Assembly (NCBI GenBank): GCA_030827125.1
Contig: JAURFD010000001.1
Coordinates: 19,258 to 83,257, forward strand
Length of the DNA: 64,000 bases
From: Candidatus Nanopelagicales bacterium
Lineage (GTDB): Bacteria; Actinomycetota; Actinomycetes; S36-B12
Direction of reading: 5' to 3'
Shown: positions 20,001 through 28,402 of the stretch, one piece after another
Layout: each line of letters opens with the position of its first letter
Numbering within the stretch: position 1 is the first letter of the stretch
Notes under the pieces: generated by a model
Told to the model about the DNA's origin: nothing
Seen by the model: only the letters and a program-made list of their open reading frames with translations
Databases searched by the model: none
Position numbers and translations under genes: made by a program

Positions 20001-20671
20001 CGGGCCCGCCGGATGACGTCTTCGTACGCCGACCAGAAGCCGGCGAAGTCCATATCCTGCGCAGCCTTGATGTTGGGCACGAGCAACTGGCGTGTGCCGT
20101 CTGGCTTGGCGAGGTCAATGGCAACGCCGAGATTGACGTCGGGGTTCTTGACGATCGCCGGTTTGCCGTCCACCTCAGCGAAGGAGGCGTTCATTTCGGG
20201 GACATCGCGGAGCGCACGGACGAGGGCGTAGCCGATGATGTGCGTGAAGGACACCTTGCCGCCGCGACCGCGGGCGAGGTGGTTGTTGATGACGACGCGG
20301 TTGTCCATGAGGAGTTTTGCCGGCACTCCGCGCACGCTCGTCGCCGTGGGGACGGCGAGGCTGGCCTCCATGTTGGCGACCACGCGCGCCGCGGGACCAC
20401 GCAACGTCGTGACCTCACCGGTGGGCGCCGGGGTGGCGGGAGCTGCCTTGGTCTCGGCGGCGGGCTTAGGTGACTCGCCGGGGGCCACTGCGGCGGCGGC
20501 CTCGACCGCTCGCTGATGGGCGACCTGAACCTTGGCGGCGGACCCGTCCGCGGGGGTGTAGTCGGCGAAGAAATCCCACCAGGCGGGGTCGACGCTCGTG
20601 CGATCGGTGAGGTACTGCTGGTAGATCTCGTCGACCAACCACTCATTCGTGCCGAAACTCTCCTGGGCCAC
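17060..20671 (-). CDS. kgd: Multifunctional 2-oxoglutarate decarboxylase/dehydrogenase (E2o-E1o fusion)
   Basis: FGTNEWLVDE, TYDHRIIQGA, GMPHRGRLN, HGDAAFAGQG, WEAQFGDF, GQGPDHSSAR. Confidence 0.95.
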   Translation of the reverse strand: MAQESFGTNEWLVDEIYQQYLTDRTSVDPAWWDFFADYTPADGSAAKVQVAHQRAVEAAAAVAPGESPKPAAETKAAPATPAPTGEVTTLRGPAARVVANMEASLAVPTATSVRGVPAKLLMDNRVVINNHLARGRGGKVSFTHIIGYALVRALRDVPEMNASFAEVDGKPAIVKNPDVNLGVAIDLAKPDGTRQLLVPNIKAAQDMDFAGFWSAYEDVIRRARSGGLGVDDFVGTTLSLTNPGTIGTEHSVPRLMSGQGCIIGVGAMEYPAEWQGASEESLVRNAVTKTLTLTSTYDHRIIQGAQSGEFLRRISQLLLGDDHFYDEIFRSLRIPYEPIRWAQDLAASHETDLNKTVRVQEVIHAYRVRGHLMADTNPLEYEQRMHPDLDVLSHKLTLWDLDREFATGGFAGRPLMKLREILGVLRDSYTRSIGIEYMHIQDPEQREWIQERVEVPHHKPSREEQLRILHKLNEAEAFETFLQTKYVGQKRFSLEGSESLIPLLDEILYCAAHDDVIEVAIGMPHRGRLNVLTNIAGKSFRQVFAEFEGNYGEESVQGSGDVKYHLGTQGTYRSRDGHETLVYVAANPSHLEAVDPVLEGIVRAKQDLLPRDEVPRILPLLLHGDAAFAGQGIVAETLNLSQLQGYRTAGTVHVVVNNQVGFTTSPKYSRSSVYPTDVARMVQAPIFHVNGDDPEAVVRVAKLAFEFRQAFHKDVVIDLVTYRRRGHNEADDPSLTQPLMYELIDAKRSVRKHYTESLIGRGDITVEEAEEALRHFQEQLEKVFQETRTDVSDAHTFSDSSDEVVRTGQLQLAPMGPAGDILTGIERSAVDLVVESQLTMPDGFTLHPRLAPQLQRRAQMVEDGTIDWGMAEALAIGSLLLEGRSVRLSGQDSRRGTFGHRHAVIVDKVTGWQYKPLKRLYRDGAKLWVYDSMLSEFAAVGFEYGYSVARPDVLTMWEAQFGDFVDGAQTITDEFISSGEQKWNQRSSLVMLLPHGYEGQGPDHSSARIERFLQMCAQDNMTIAMPSTPASYFHLLRWQALSPLIRPLVIFTPKSLLRAKFATSPLEDFTQGSFRPAIPDTTVEPDDVRRVLLCSGKVYYDLVAEREARGDKETAIIRLERLYPLPWRTLPAMVSAYPNASVVRWVQEEPANQGAWSFMALNLPEIIGRSLECVSRPSSSSPAVGSHHRHEEEQKWVVQAAFN

Positions 20672-20702
20672 GATGACAGGGTAGTCGCCGAAGGTTGCCC
20701 GA

Positions 20703-21200
20703 CTATGCCCCGGTCGACGGGCGCTGGTGGTCGCCCCCGCCGATTTGGTCGAGCATGTGCGGCAGCAGCGGTCCGAGGACTGCTAGGCCGTCCCGTGCAC
20801 CCCCGGGTGAGCCGGGCAGGTTGACGATCAGCGTTGTCCCCGCGAGTCCGGCGACGCCGCGGCTGAGGACCGCGGTCGGGACGCCGTGGGCCACCCCGTA
20901 TGCGCGAATCGCCTCGGCGAGCCCCGGAGCCGGCCGATCGATCACCCGCATGGTCATCTCCGGGGTCTGGTCCATGGGTGTCATCCCGGTACCCCCGGTG
21001 GTGAGAATGAGATCGAATCCTTCATCGATGCCGGCGCGGAGTGCGGTCACCACCTGCTCGCCGTCCGGGATGACTACGGGATCACCGACTTCGTGCCCCA
21101 ACTCCCGCAGGCCGTCGACGAGTACAGGACCGGATCTGTCCTCCCAGATGCCTCCGGCGGCACGGGTGGAGATGGTGATGACGAGGGCGCGGGAAGCCAT
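20703..21200 (-). CDS. MogA/MoaB molybdopterin adenylyltransferase
   Basis: DRSGP, TTGGTG, DQTPE, NLPGSPGG. Confidence 0.88.
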   Translation of the reverse strand: MASRALVITISTRAAGGIWEDRSGPVLVDGLRELGHEVGDPVVIPDGEQVVTALRAGIDEGFDLILTTGGTGMTPMDQTPEMTMRVIDRPAPGLAEAIRAYGVAHGVPTAVLSRGVAGLAGTTLIVNLPGSPGGARDGLAVLGPLLPHMLDQIGGGDHQRPSTGA

Positions 21201-21204
21201 GTGC

Positions 21205-22404
21205 TCATCCTGCCGCACGGATGGCGTCGAGCAATTCGCGCAGAGCGTCTACGGAGTGCCCGCTGAGGAAGGTGTCGACGTAGGGCAGGGCAGCCGCCAT
21301 GCCGCCGGCGAGAGGCTGGAACTCGCGCGCGGCACTGCGTGGATTGACCCAGATGATGTGGTGGGCCAGGCGGGACAGCCGCTCCATCGCCCGACCCACC
21401 TCTGCCGGATCACCGATCTCCCAGCCGTCGGAGACGATGACGACGACCGCGCCCCGGGCGATGCCGCGGCGGCCGTGCTCGTCGAGGAAGCGGGTGAGCG
21501 CCGTCCCGATTCGGGTCCCTCCGGACCAGTCGGGCGTGGACTCGGACACCTTGGCGTAGGCGTAGTCGGGGCCGCCCTGGGCGAGTTGTCGTGTCAGGCG
21601 GGTGAGCCGCGTGGCGAAGACGAAGGATTCGGCACCGAGTGCGCGGACGGCGCCGCGCATGAGATGGAGATAGATCCGCGCGTAGGGCTCCATCGAGCCG
21701 GAGACGTCGGCGATGAGGACGACGCGTCGCGGGCGCTCGGTATTGCGTCGACGGATGCGGCGTACCGGATCGCCACCCGTGCGGTGCGCGCGCCGAAGCG
21801 TGGCGCGGACGTCCAGTTGCCGTCCGGCAGGATGTCGACGACTGCGGCGGGCACGTCGGGAGGGCGGAACCAGGGGGAGTTCTTCGACCAGGCGGCGCAG
21901 GAGGGCGAGTTCCTCGGGGGAGCACTCGGAGAAGTCCCGATGGCCGAGGATCTCCGACGTGCTCGCCGCGGCGAGGACGGAGGTGTCGTCCGCGTCGGCC
22001 TCGCCCGGCGCATGTGAGCCGGGGGTTGCGGAGGTGATGGGAGCCACGCTGTCGGTCTCGCGGGCGGATGACTGCTCGCTGCCGATGTTGTCATCGGACG
22101 GGGTCGCACGGCTCGGTGCCGGAGCCGTGATCTCGGCGTTCGGATCGGCGAGATCGAGGTATCCGCGGAAGACCTCGTCGAAGAGGGCGTCGTACACGGG
22201 GATCTGCGCCTGGGTGCTCAGCAGCGTTACGCGACCGAGCCAATAGACCTCGGCCGTGGTGGTGGGTTCGGCGAGCAGGACGGCGGCCGCGAATCGCGCG
22301 CTGCGTTCGGGAGTGACCGGCACGCCAGCCGAGTGCAGCCGGTCACCGAAGGCGGCGGCGACGGCCGCGAGGTCGGTGCGGGTTACCGCGGGTGCGTCAG
22401 GCAC
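21205..22404 (-). CDS. CoxE-like VWA-domain protein
   Basis: DVSGSM MIDAS, WSGGTRIG, SDGWE, WVNP. Confidence 0.85.
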   Translation of the reverse strand: MPDAPAVTRTDLAAVAAAFGDRLHSAGVPVTPERSARFAAAVLLAEPTTTAEVYWLGRVTLLSTQAQIPVYDALFDEVFRGYLDLADPNAEITAPAPSRATPSDDNIGSEQSSARETDSVAPITSATPGSHAPGEADADDTSVLAAASTSEILGHRDFSECSPEELALLRRLVEELPLVPPSRRARRSRRHPAGRQLDVRATLRRAHRTGGDPVRRIRRRNTERPRRVVLIADVSGSMEPYARIYLHLMRGAVRALGAESFVFATRLTRLTRQLAQGGPDYAYAKVSESTPDWSGGTRIGTALTRFLDEHGRRGIARGAVVVIVSDGWEIGDPAEVGRAMERLSRLAHHIIWVNPRSAAREFQPLAGGMAAALPYVDTFLSGHSVDALRELLDAIRAAG

Positions 22405-23308
22405 CCGCGACCCATGCGAGGCCGGCCTCCTCGGCCACGGCGTGATCCTCGCGGTATTTCAACACCGAACCGAGGGTGCGGGCGACGGCATCAGCATCAA
22501 GACGTTGTACGCCGAGCAGGATTGCCGCGCTCACCCAGTCGATGGCCTCGGCGATGCCCGGCGGCTTCTGCAGATCCAGGGTGCGCAGGCGCGACACGGC
22601 CGCGGCAATGTCCTGGACCAGCGTCGACTCGGCCTGGGGTACCCGGGCGCGCACGATCTGTGTCGCGTGCTCAAGGGAGGGGTAGTCGATCCAGTGGTAG
22701 AGGCAGCGACGCTTCAGGGCGTCGTGCAGATCGCGGGTGCGGTTGGAGGTCAGCAGGACGATGGGCTTGCGCTTCGCGTGCACGGTCCCGATCTCCGGGA
22801 TGGTCACCGATGACTCGGCGAGCAATTCGAAGAGGAAAGCCTCGAACTCTTCGTCGGCGCGGTCGACCTCGTCGATGAGGAGGACGGCCGGCCGGGGGCC
22901 GTCGTGCTCGATGGCCTGCAGCAGCGGACGTTCGATGAGGTAGTCCCGACTGAAGAGGGAATCCTCCGCGACCGCGGTGCCCTGGGCTTCGGCGACACGG
23001 ATCCCTAGGAGCTGCCGGGGGTAGTTCCACTCGTAGAGGGCTTCGGCTGCATCGATGCCCTCAAAGCACTGTAGTCGGATGAGGGGCGTGTCGAGGATCT
23101 CGGCGAGGGCCTTGGCGGCCTGGGTCTTGCCCACTCCGGCTTCACCCTCCAAGAGCAAGGGCTGGGGGAGACGGACGGCGCAGAAGAGTGCGGTGGCGAG
23201 GCCGGATTCGGCAAGGTAGCCGGTCGCCGCGAGGTGTTCGGCGAGTGCGGGAATGTCCGGGATCAGGGCGGCCACCTCGTCGGTGGACGTGGCGTCCGCC
23301 ACGATCAC
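22397..23308 (-). CDS. CoxD-like MoxR AAA+ ATPase
   Basis: GEAGVGKT, LYEWNYPRQLL, LLIDEVD, HDALKRRC; GTGA overlap with upstream gene. Confidence 0.88.
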   Translation of the reverse strand: MIVADATSTDEVAALIPDIPALAEHLAATGYLAESGLATALFCAVRLPQPLLLEGEAGVGKTQAAKALAEILDTPLIRLQCFEGIDAAEALYEWNYPRQLLGIRVAEAQGTAVAEDSLFSRDYLIERPLLQAIEHDGPRPAVLLIDEVDRADEEFEAFLFELLAESSVTIPEIGTVHAKRKPIVLLTSNRTRDLHDALKRRCLYHWIDYPSLEHATQIVRARVPQAESTLVQDIAAAVSRLRTLDLQKPPGIAEAIDWVSAAILLGVQRLDADAVARTLGSVLKYREDHAVAEEAGLAWVAGA

Positions 23309-24207
23309 ACGCCGGCGTAGGCCGCCGGGTTGGCGACGAACTTGTCCAGGCAGCCCTGGCAGCAGAACCACCAGGTCTTGCCGTCTACCTCCGCGTGCAA
23401 GGAACTCGGGACCATGACGACCTCCATGTGACAGATCGGGTCGATGGCCTTCTCGAGCGCCGGGGCTGCCGCCTCGGGTGTGCGAAGTGTGGCGCCGCGG
23501 TTTGCCACGATCTCGGCGAGGATCGACAGCGCGACCTCCTGGGGAGTGCGGGCACCGATGTCGAGTCCGGCGGGCGTGTGCACCTGCGCTCGCTCTTCAT
23601 CGGTGAGATCCAGTGAGCCGAGGACGGCTGCGCCACGCTTGCGGCTAGCTACGAGTCCGACGTAGGGGACACCGCTGCGGAGCGCTTGCTCCAGTGCCGC
23701 TTCTTCGCCATTGCCGTGTGATGCCACGACGACGGCGTCGGTCGTGGCGAGGTCCGGGGCTGATCCGCAGCAGCTGTCCTCATAGGGGAAGACGTCGTAG
23801 CCCATCGCGGTGCCAACTTCGGCGAGAGCCACCGCGATGGGTGTGGTGCCGAGGACCCGGACGAGTGGAGCGGGAAGGACAGCCTGCATGAAGATCTCCA
23901 GGGTTCCACCGGACTGGCAGGGATTGTGAACGACGACGCGGCCCGGCTGGTCGGGCTCGGGTACGGGCGCGATGCGGACAAGGGTGCTCTCGCGACGCTC
24001 GAGTACAGCGAGGCCCTGGGCCCGCAGAGTGGCCAGGGCGCACTGCCCGCCCACGAAACCTTCGACGGTGCCATCGGCAAGAACAATGGCCTCATCTCCG
24101 GGCTTGGCCGAGGTGGGGCGCTCGGCGAGTACCACGCGTGCGTGGACGTAGGGGACACGTTGGGCTTGCAGTTGCTCGACGCGCTCGCGCCAGGTGGCTC
24201 CGGTCAT
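23305..24207 (-). CDS. XdhC/CoxF family protein with C-terminal YHS domain
   Basis: PTSAKPGD, GFVGGQC, PAGLDIGARTP, DPICHMEV...FCCQGC. Confidence 0.85.
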   Translation of the reverse strand: MTGATWRERVEQLQAQRVPYVHARVVLAERPTSAKPGDEAIVLADGTVEGFVGGQCALATLRAQGLAVLERRESTLVRIAPVPEPDQPGRVVVHNPCQSGGTLEIFMQAVLPAPLVRVLGTTPIAVALAEVGTAMGYDVFPYEDSCCGSAPDLATTDAVVVASHGNGEEAALEQALRSGVPYVGLVASRKRGAAVLGSLDLTDEERAQVHTPAGLDIGARTPQEVALSILAEIVANRGATLRTPEAAAPALEKAIDPICHMEVVMVPSSLHAEVDGKTWWFCCQGCLDKFVANPAAYAGV

Positions 24208-24218
24208 GGCCGCTCCCG

Positions 24219-24866
24219 TTACTTCCGCTTCCGGGCGATGAGCCAGATGATTCCGACGATGGCGATCAGGCCCAGGACCGCGGGGATGGCTCGCTTGAGG
24301 ACTGGCGCCCCGGCGGTGCCGAGCAGGTCGATGCTGTCGGCGGAGTGCGGCAGGACCGGCGCGGCGGCAGGGGTTGGTCCGGGGGTCTCGCCGTCGGCGG
24401 TCGCGGGAGCCGGAGCCGAGTCCGCAGCGATGAGCGCCTCAAGGTTTGCGGCGAACTGGTCGATGAGACGGGTGGCGACGTCCTGCATGACGCCTCGACC
24501 GAACTGGGCCGGCTTGCCGGTGATGGACAGGTCGGTGGTGACCTCGACCCGTGTGCGATCGGGGCCCTCAGAAATCATCTGAGCGGTGATAAGGGCGGAT
24601 GCCGTGCCCGAGCCTCGAGTCTCCTTGCCGTTGCCCTCGATGATGGCCTTGTGGGCGTCCTCGTCGACCTCGACGAAGCGGGCCTTGCCCCCGTAGGTCA
24701 TGTTGACCGGACCCAACTTGACCTTCACCGTGCCCGTGAAGGTTTCACCCTCGACCGCGTCAAGCTTGGCTCCGGGCAGGCAGGGGGCAACCTTCTCGAG
24801 ATCGAGGAGGGTCGCCCAGGCCTTGTCGATGCCGGTTGGTACGACAAAGGAGTTCTGCAGATCCAT
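24219..24866 (-). CDS. CoxG / SRPBCC protein with C-terminal membrane anchor
   Basis: APCLPGA, VKVKLGP, AQFGRG; C-terminal TM segment plus RKRK. Confidence 0.85.
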   Translation of the reverse strand: MDLQNSFVVPTGIDKAWATLLDLEKVAPCLPGAKLDAVEGETFTGTVKVKLGPVNMTYGGKARFVEVDEDAHKAIIEGNGKETRGSGTASALITAQMISEGPDRTRVEVTTDLSITGKPAQFGRGVMQDVATRLIDQFAANLEALIAADSAPAPATADGETPGPTPAAAPVLPHSADSIDLLGTAGAPVLKRAIPAVLGLIAIVGIIWLIARKRK

Positions 24867-24927
24867 AGGTGCGCTCCCGAGGCGGACTGGAGTTGGCGGC
24901 CGGTCGGCTACCCGTGACACTAGTGCC

Positions 24928-25182
24928 ATGGTAGGTGAAGCGCGACCGGTCGAGGTCCATCTGTTTGCTGCTGCACGGGCGGCAGCCGGGGTGCCCATGG
25001 TTCAGGTCGCGGCTGGTCCGCTGGCCGAGGTCCTCGCTCAGGTGGTGAGGGAATATCCCGACTTGGGCGCGGTCCTGCCGCGCTGCTCCACCCTCGTGGA
25101 CGGGCTAGCGGCAACCGAGGACGACGTGGTCGTGCCCGGGGGCGGCCGCGTTGACGTCCTCCCGCCCTTCGCCGGCGGCTGA
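24928..25182 (+). CDS. moaD: Molybdopterin synthase sulfur carrier
   Basis: LFAAARAAAG, C-terminal VLPPFAGG. Confidence 0.88.
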   Translation: MVGEARPVEVHLFAAARAAAGVPMVQVAAGPLAEVLAQVVREYPDLGAVLPRCSTLVDGLAATEDDVVVPGGGRVDVLPPFAGG

Positions 25183-25192
25183 CCGAGCGGGT

Positions 25193-26209
25193 CTAGCCGC
25201 CGATGGCGCTCATCGGCCGCGGCGGCTGGATGAAGGACGGGTCGTTGATGCCGTGGCCGGGCAGCTTGGCCCCCACGCTGACGTGAAGGCGCCGACTGAT
25301 CTCCGCGCGCTGGGCCTCCTCATCAAGGCTCTCGTCGCGCAGCACCGCACGCAGGTCGGTCTCATCACGCGCGAAGAGGCAGTTGCGCAGTTGGCCATCG
25401 GCGGTGATCCGCAGCCGATCGCAGGTGCCGCAGAAGGGGCGAGTGACGCTCGCGATGATCCCGACCGTGGCCGGACCGCCATTGACGCGGAACTCCTCCG
25501 CGGGTGCGGTGCCCCGCTCCTCGAGCGGCTGCAGGTCGAACTCCTCCGACAGCATCGCCAGGATGTCTTCAGCGGTAATCATGCGGTCGCGTGCCCACAG
25601 GCCGCCGGCGTCCAGCGGCATCTGTTCGATGAAGCGCAACTGCCAGCCTTCGTCCAGCGCGCGGCGCAGCATGGGGATGGCCTCGTCGTCGTTGATCCCA
25701 GGCATGAGCACGGTGTTGACCTTGACCGGGGCGAGGCCGGCGACCTGTGCGGCGGCCAGCCCCGCGAGTACATCGTCGAGCCGATCGCGGTGGGTCAGCT
25801 TCTTGAAGCGCTCGCGATCAAGGGTGTCGAGGCTGACATTGACGCGCTCAAGGCCGGCGTCCCGCAGGTGAGCCGCCTGCGCAGCAAGGCGCAGCGCATT
25901 GGTGGTGATGGAGAGCTTGGGGGCCTTGGGCAGCGAGGCGATGCGCTGGACGACGTCGACGACATCGGGGCGCAGGAGCGGCTCACCGCCGGTGAGTCGA
26001 ACCTCGTCGATGCCGTCTTGGGTGGCCACCTCGAGGATGGTCATGAGTTCATCGGTGGTGAGCAACTCGGCACTCGGGATCCAGTCCGCGAAATCGGCCG
26101 GCATGCAGTAGGTGCACCGCAGTGAACAGCGGTCGGTGAGGGAGACGCGCATATCGCGGTGCCCGCGACCAAAACTGTCGACGAGCGTCGTCGGGTTGTC
26201 ATGGCTCAT
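25193..26209 (-). CDS. moaA: GTP 3',8-cyclase
   Basis: CSLRCTYC, TGGEPLLR, FCGTCDRLR, C-terminal MSAIGG. Confidence 0.95.
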   Translation of the reverse strand: MSHDNPTTLVDSFGRGHRDMRVSLTDRCSLRCTYCMPADFADWIPSAELLTTDELMTILEVATQDGIDEVRLTGGEPLLRPDVVDVVQRIASLPKAPKLSITTNALRLAAQAAHLRDAGLERVNVSLDTLDRERFKKLTHRDRLDDVLAGLAAAQVAGLAPVKVNTVLMPGINDDEAIPMLRRALDEGWQLRFIEQMPLDAGGLWARDRMITAEDILAMLSEEFDLQPLEERGTAPAEEFRVNGGPATVGIIASVTRPFCGTCDRLRITADGQLRNCLFARDETDLRAVLRDESLDEEAQRAEISRRLHVSVGAKLPGHGINDPSFIQPPRPMSAIGG

Positions 26210-26646
26210 GCGCAGTTCACCCATTCGTCGGTGCCGTCGGCGAAGTACTGATGCTTCCACACGGGGATGCGCGCCTTGGTCTCATCCACGAGCGCCTGGC
26301 ATGCCGCGAAGGCCTCGCCACGATGCGCCGCGCTCGCCGCCGCCGCGAGAGCGCAGTCGCCGATCTCGAGCGGGCCGACGCGGTGAACGACGGCGACGGC
26401 GATGACGTCGAAACGCGCCGCCACGTCGGCAGCGACCTCGGCGAGGAGATCAGCCGCGGAGGGGTGGGCCTCGTAGTCCAGCCGCAGGACCGTGCGGCCA
26501 TGGTCGTGGTCCCGCACATCGCCGGAGAAGGTCACGACCGCGCCTGCGGCGGGGTCGTCGACCTGCTCGGCCAGTTGGAGGGCGTCGATGTGGTGGGTAA
26601 CGACATCGGCTGCGCGCACACGCGTCGACTCGCCGGTAGCCGTCAT
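26206..26646 (-). CDS. moaE: Molybdopterin synthase catalytic subunit
   Basis: GAVVTFSGDVRDHD, LDYEAHP, PVWKHQ. Confidence 0.92.
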   Translation of the reverse strand: MTATGESTRVRAADVVTHHIDALQLAEQVDDPAAGAVVTFSGDVRDHDHGRTVLRLDYEAHPSAADLLAEVAADVAARFDVIAVAVVHRVGPLEIGDCALAAAASAAHRGEAFAACQALVDETKARIPVWKHQYFADGTDEWVNCA

Positions 26647-26721
26647 TCGGCCATTATTAGGGGAGGCGTAGCGTCACGCCACACAGGATCGGGAATCCGA
26701 CGAACGGGCGAAGGGAAGCCG

Positions 26722-27834
26722 ATGCGCGAAATCCTGGCCGAGATGATGGCTGCCTACGAGGCTGGCGAGTCCGTCGCCATGGCGACGGTCGTGCGCACCT
26801 GGCGTTCCGCGCCCCGCCCCGCAGGCGCCTCCATGATCGTCACCGAGGGCGGCGAGGCGGTCGGCTCGGTCAGTGGGGGTTGCGTCGAAGGAGCCCTCTA
26901 TGACGTGGGCCAGGAGATCCTCGCGGGAGGCGCCACGCGACTGGAGACCTACGGTGTCAGTGATGACGATGCCTTCGCTGTGGGCTTGACCTGCGGAGGC
27001 ATCCTCGATGTCTTCGTCGAGCCGGTCTCGCCACAGACATGGCCGGAACTCCCCGGGATCGTGGCCAGTGTCGAGCGGGAGGAGCCCGTCGCGGTGGCGA
27101 CGATCGTGCGCGCTCCCGACGAGGCCGCTCTCGGCAAGCACATCGTCGTACGTCCGGATTACGTCGAGGGATCGCTCGGGACCGAGCGTCTCGATGACAC
27201 GGTGTCGGCCGATGTGCGCGGCATGCTCGAGTCGGGCACCACCGGCTTCCTGCGCTACGGGCCGCAGGGTGAGCGCCTTGGGGACGGGCTGGAAATCTTC
27301 GTGGGCAGCATGGCGCCGCCGCCGCGGATGTACATCTTCGGCGCGATCGACTTCTCGGCGGCGCTGTGCCGCGTCGGCAAACTCCTCGGCTTCCGGGTGA
27401 CGGTGTGCGATGCCCGCGAAATCTTTGCCACGCCGCGCCGCTTCCCCGAAGCCGACGAGGTTGTCGTGGACTGGCCGCACCGTTGGCTTGCGGGGCAGCC
27501 GGTGGACTCGCGCACGGTGATCTGCGTGCTCACGCACGATCCGAAGTTCGACGTGCCGGCCCTGCAGATCGCCCTGCGGACCAACGCGGGATACGTCGGC
27601 GCGATGGGATCGCGGCGCACGCATGAAGATCGATTGGAGCGGCTGCGCGAGGTTGGCATGACCGAGGACGAGTTGGCACGACTGCATTCGCCCATCGGCC
27701 TCGACCTGGGCGCGCGCACCCCGGAAGAAACCGCGATCTCCATTGCCGCGGAAATCGTCCAGGGCCGGTGGGGTGGCTCGGGGTCGCATCTGGCAGCGAC
27801 GTCGGGCCCGATTCATCCGGGAGCCCCGCGCTGA
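26722..27834 (+). CDS. XdhC/CoxI family maturation factor
   Basis: SAPRPAGA, GSVSGGCVE, GLTCGG, THDPKFD, GAMGSRRT. Confidence 0.9.
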   Translation: MREILAEMMAAYEAGESVAMATVVRTWRSAPRPAGASMIVTEGGEAVGSVSGGCVEGALYDVGQEILAGGATRLETYGVSDDDAFAVGLTCGGILDVFVEPVSPQTWPELPGIVASVEREEPVAVATIVRAPDEAALGKHIVVRPDYVEGSLGTERLDDTVSADVRGMLESGTTGFLRYGPQGERLGDGLEIFVGSMAPPPRMYIFGAIDFSAALCRVGKLLGFRVTVCDAREIFATPRRFPEADEVVVDWPHRWLAGQPVDSRTVICVLTHDPKFDVPALQIALRTNAGYVGAMGSRRTHEDRLERLREVGMTEDELARLHSPIGLDLGARTPEETAISIAAEIVQGRWGGSGSHLAATSGPIHPGAPR

Positions 27835-28373
27835 CCGTCGCCGGTGTGGTGCTCGCGGGCGGTGAAGGCCGTCGCTTTGGCGGTCCGAAGGCCCCCGTCG
27901 TCGTGCAGGGTGAGCGCCTCGTTGATCGCGCTGTGCGTGTGTTGCGTGACGGCGGTTGCGATCCCGTGTACGTCGTTCTCGGCGCCTGGCAGGGCGAGGT
28001 CCCTCATGCGACGGTAATCGTGAATGAGCAGTGGAACGAAGGCATGGGGTCGTCTCTGCGCGCGGCGCTGTCAGCAGTGGCCGATGCTCCCGCGGACGCG
28101 GTGCTCGTCACGCTTGTCGACCTCCCAGGTCTCACGACCGAGGCGGTGCGACGCATCATTGCGACTGATGCCGAACTCGTGGCGGCGGCGTACGACGGTG
28201 AGCGGGGACATCCGGTGCTCTTCGCGCGGCGGCATTGGTCCGGCGTGATTGAACGAGCACACGGTGATGTCGGTGCCCGCGACTACCTGCTCGAGCATCG
28301 CGATGAATTGCACATCGTCGAGGTGGGCGACATCGCGACCGGCGAGGACATGGATGTGCCGCCGACCGCGTGA
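27831..28373 (+). CDS. MocA-like molybdenum cofactor cytidylyltransferase; start uncertain (CTG 27831 or GTG 27768)
   Basis: VLAGGEGRRFGGPK, GMGSSL, GHPVLF, GDVGAR. Confidence 0.8.
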   Translation: MTVAGVVLAGGEGRRFGGPKAPVVVQGERLVDRAVRVLRDGGCDPVYVVLGAWQGEVPHATVIVNEQWNEGMGSSLRAALSAVADAPADAVLVTLVDLPGLTTEAVRRIIATDAELVAAAYDGERGHPVLFARRHWSGVIERAHGDVGARDYLLEHRDELHIVEVGDIATGEDMDVPPTA

Positions 28374-28402
28374 ACGGCTGTCGACCGCCTGAGCGGCGAG
28401 GA

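Noticed and set aside
17231-20473. 1080-aa plus-strand ORF antisense to kgd, and similar long antisense ORFs (47729-49468, 39981-41351, 14289-15383, 26674-27816)
   Set aside because: Shadow ORFs expected from high-GC codon bias opposite well-conserved genes; no recognisable motifs
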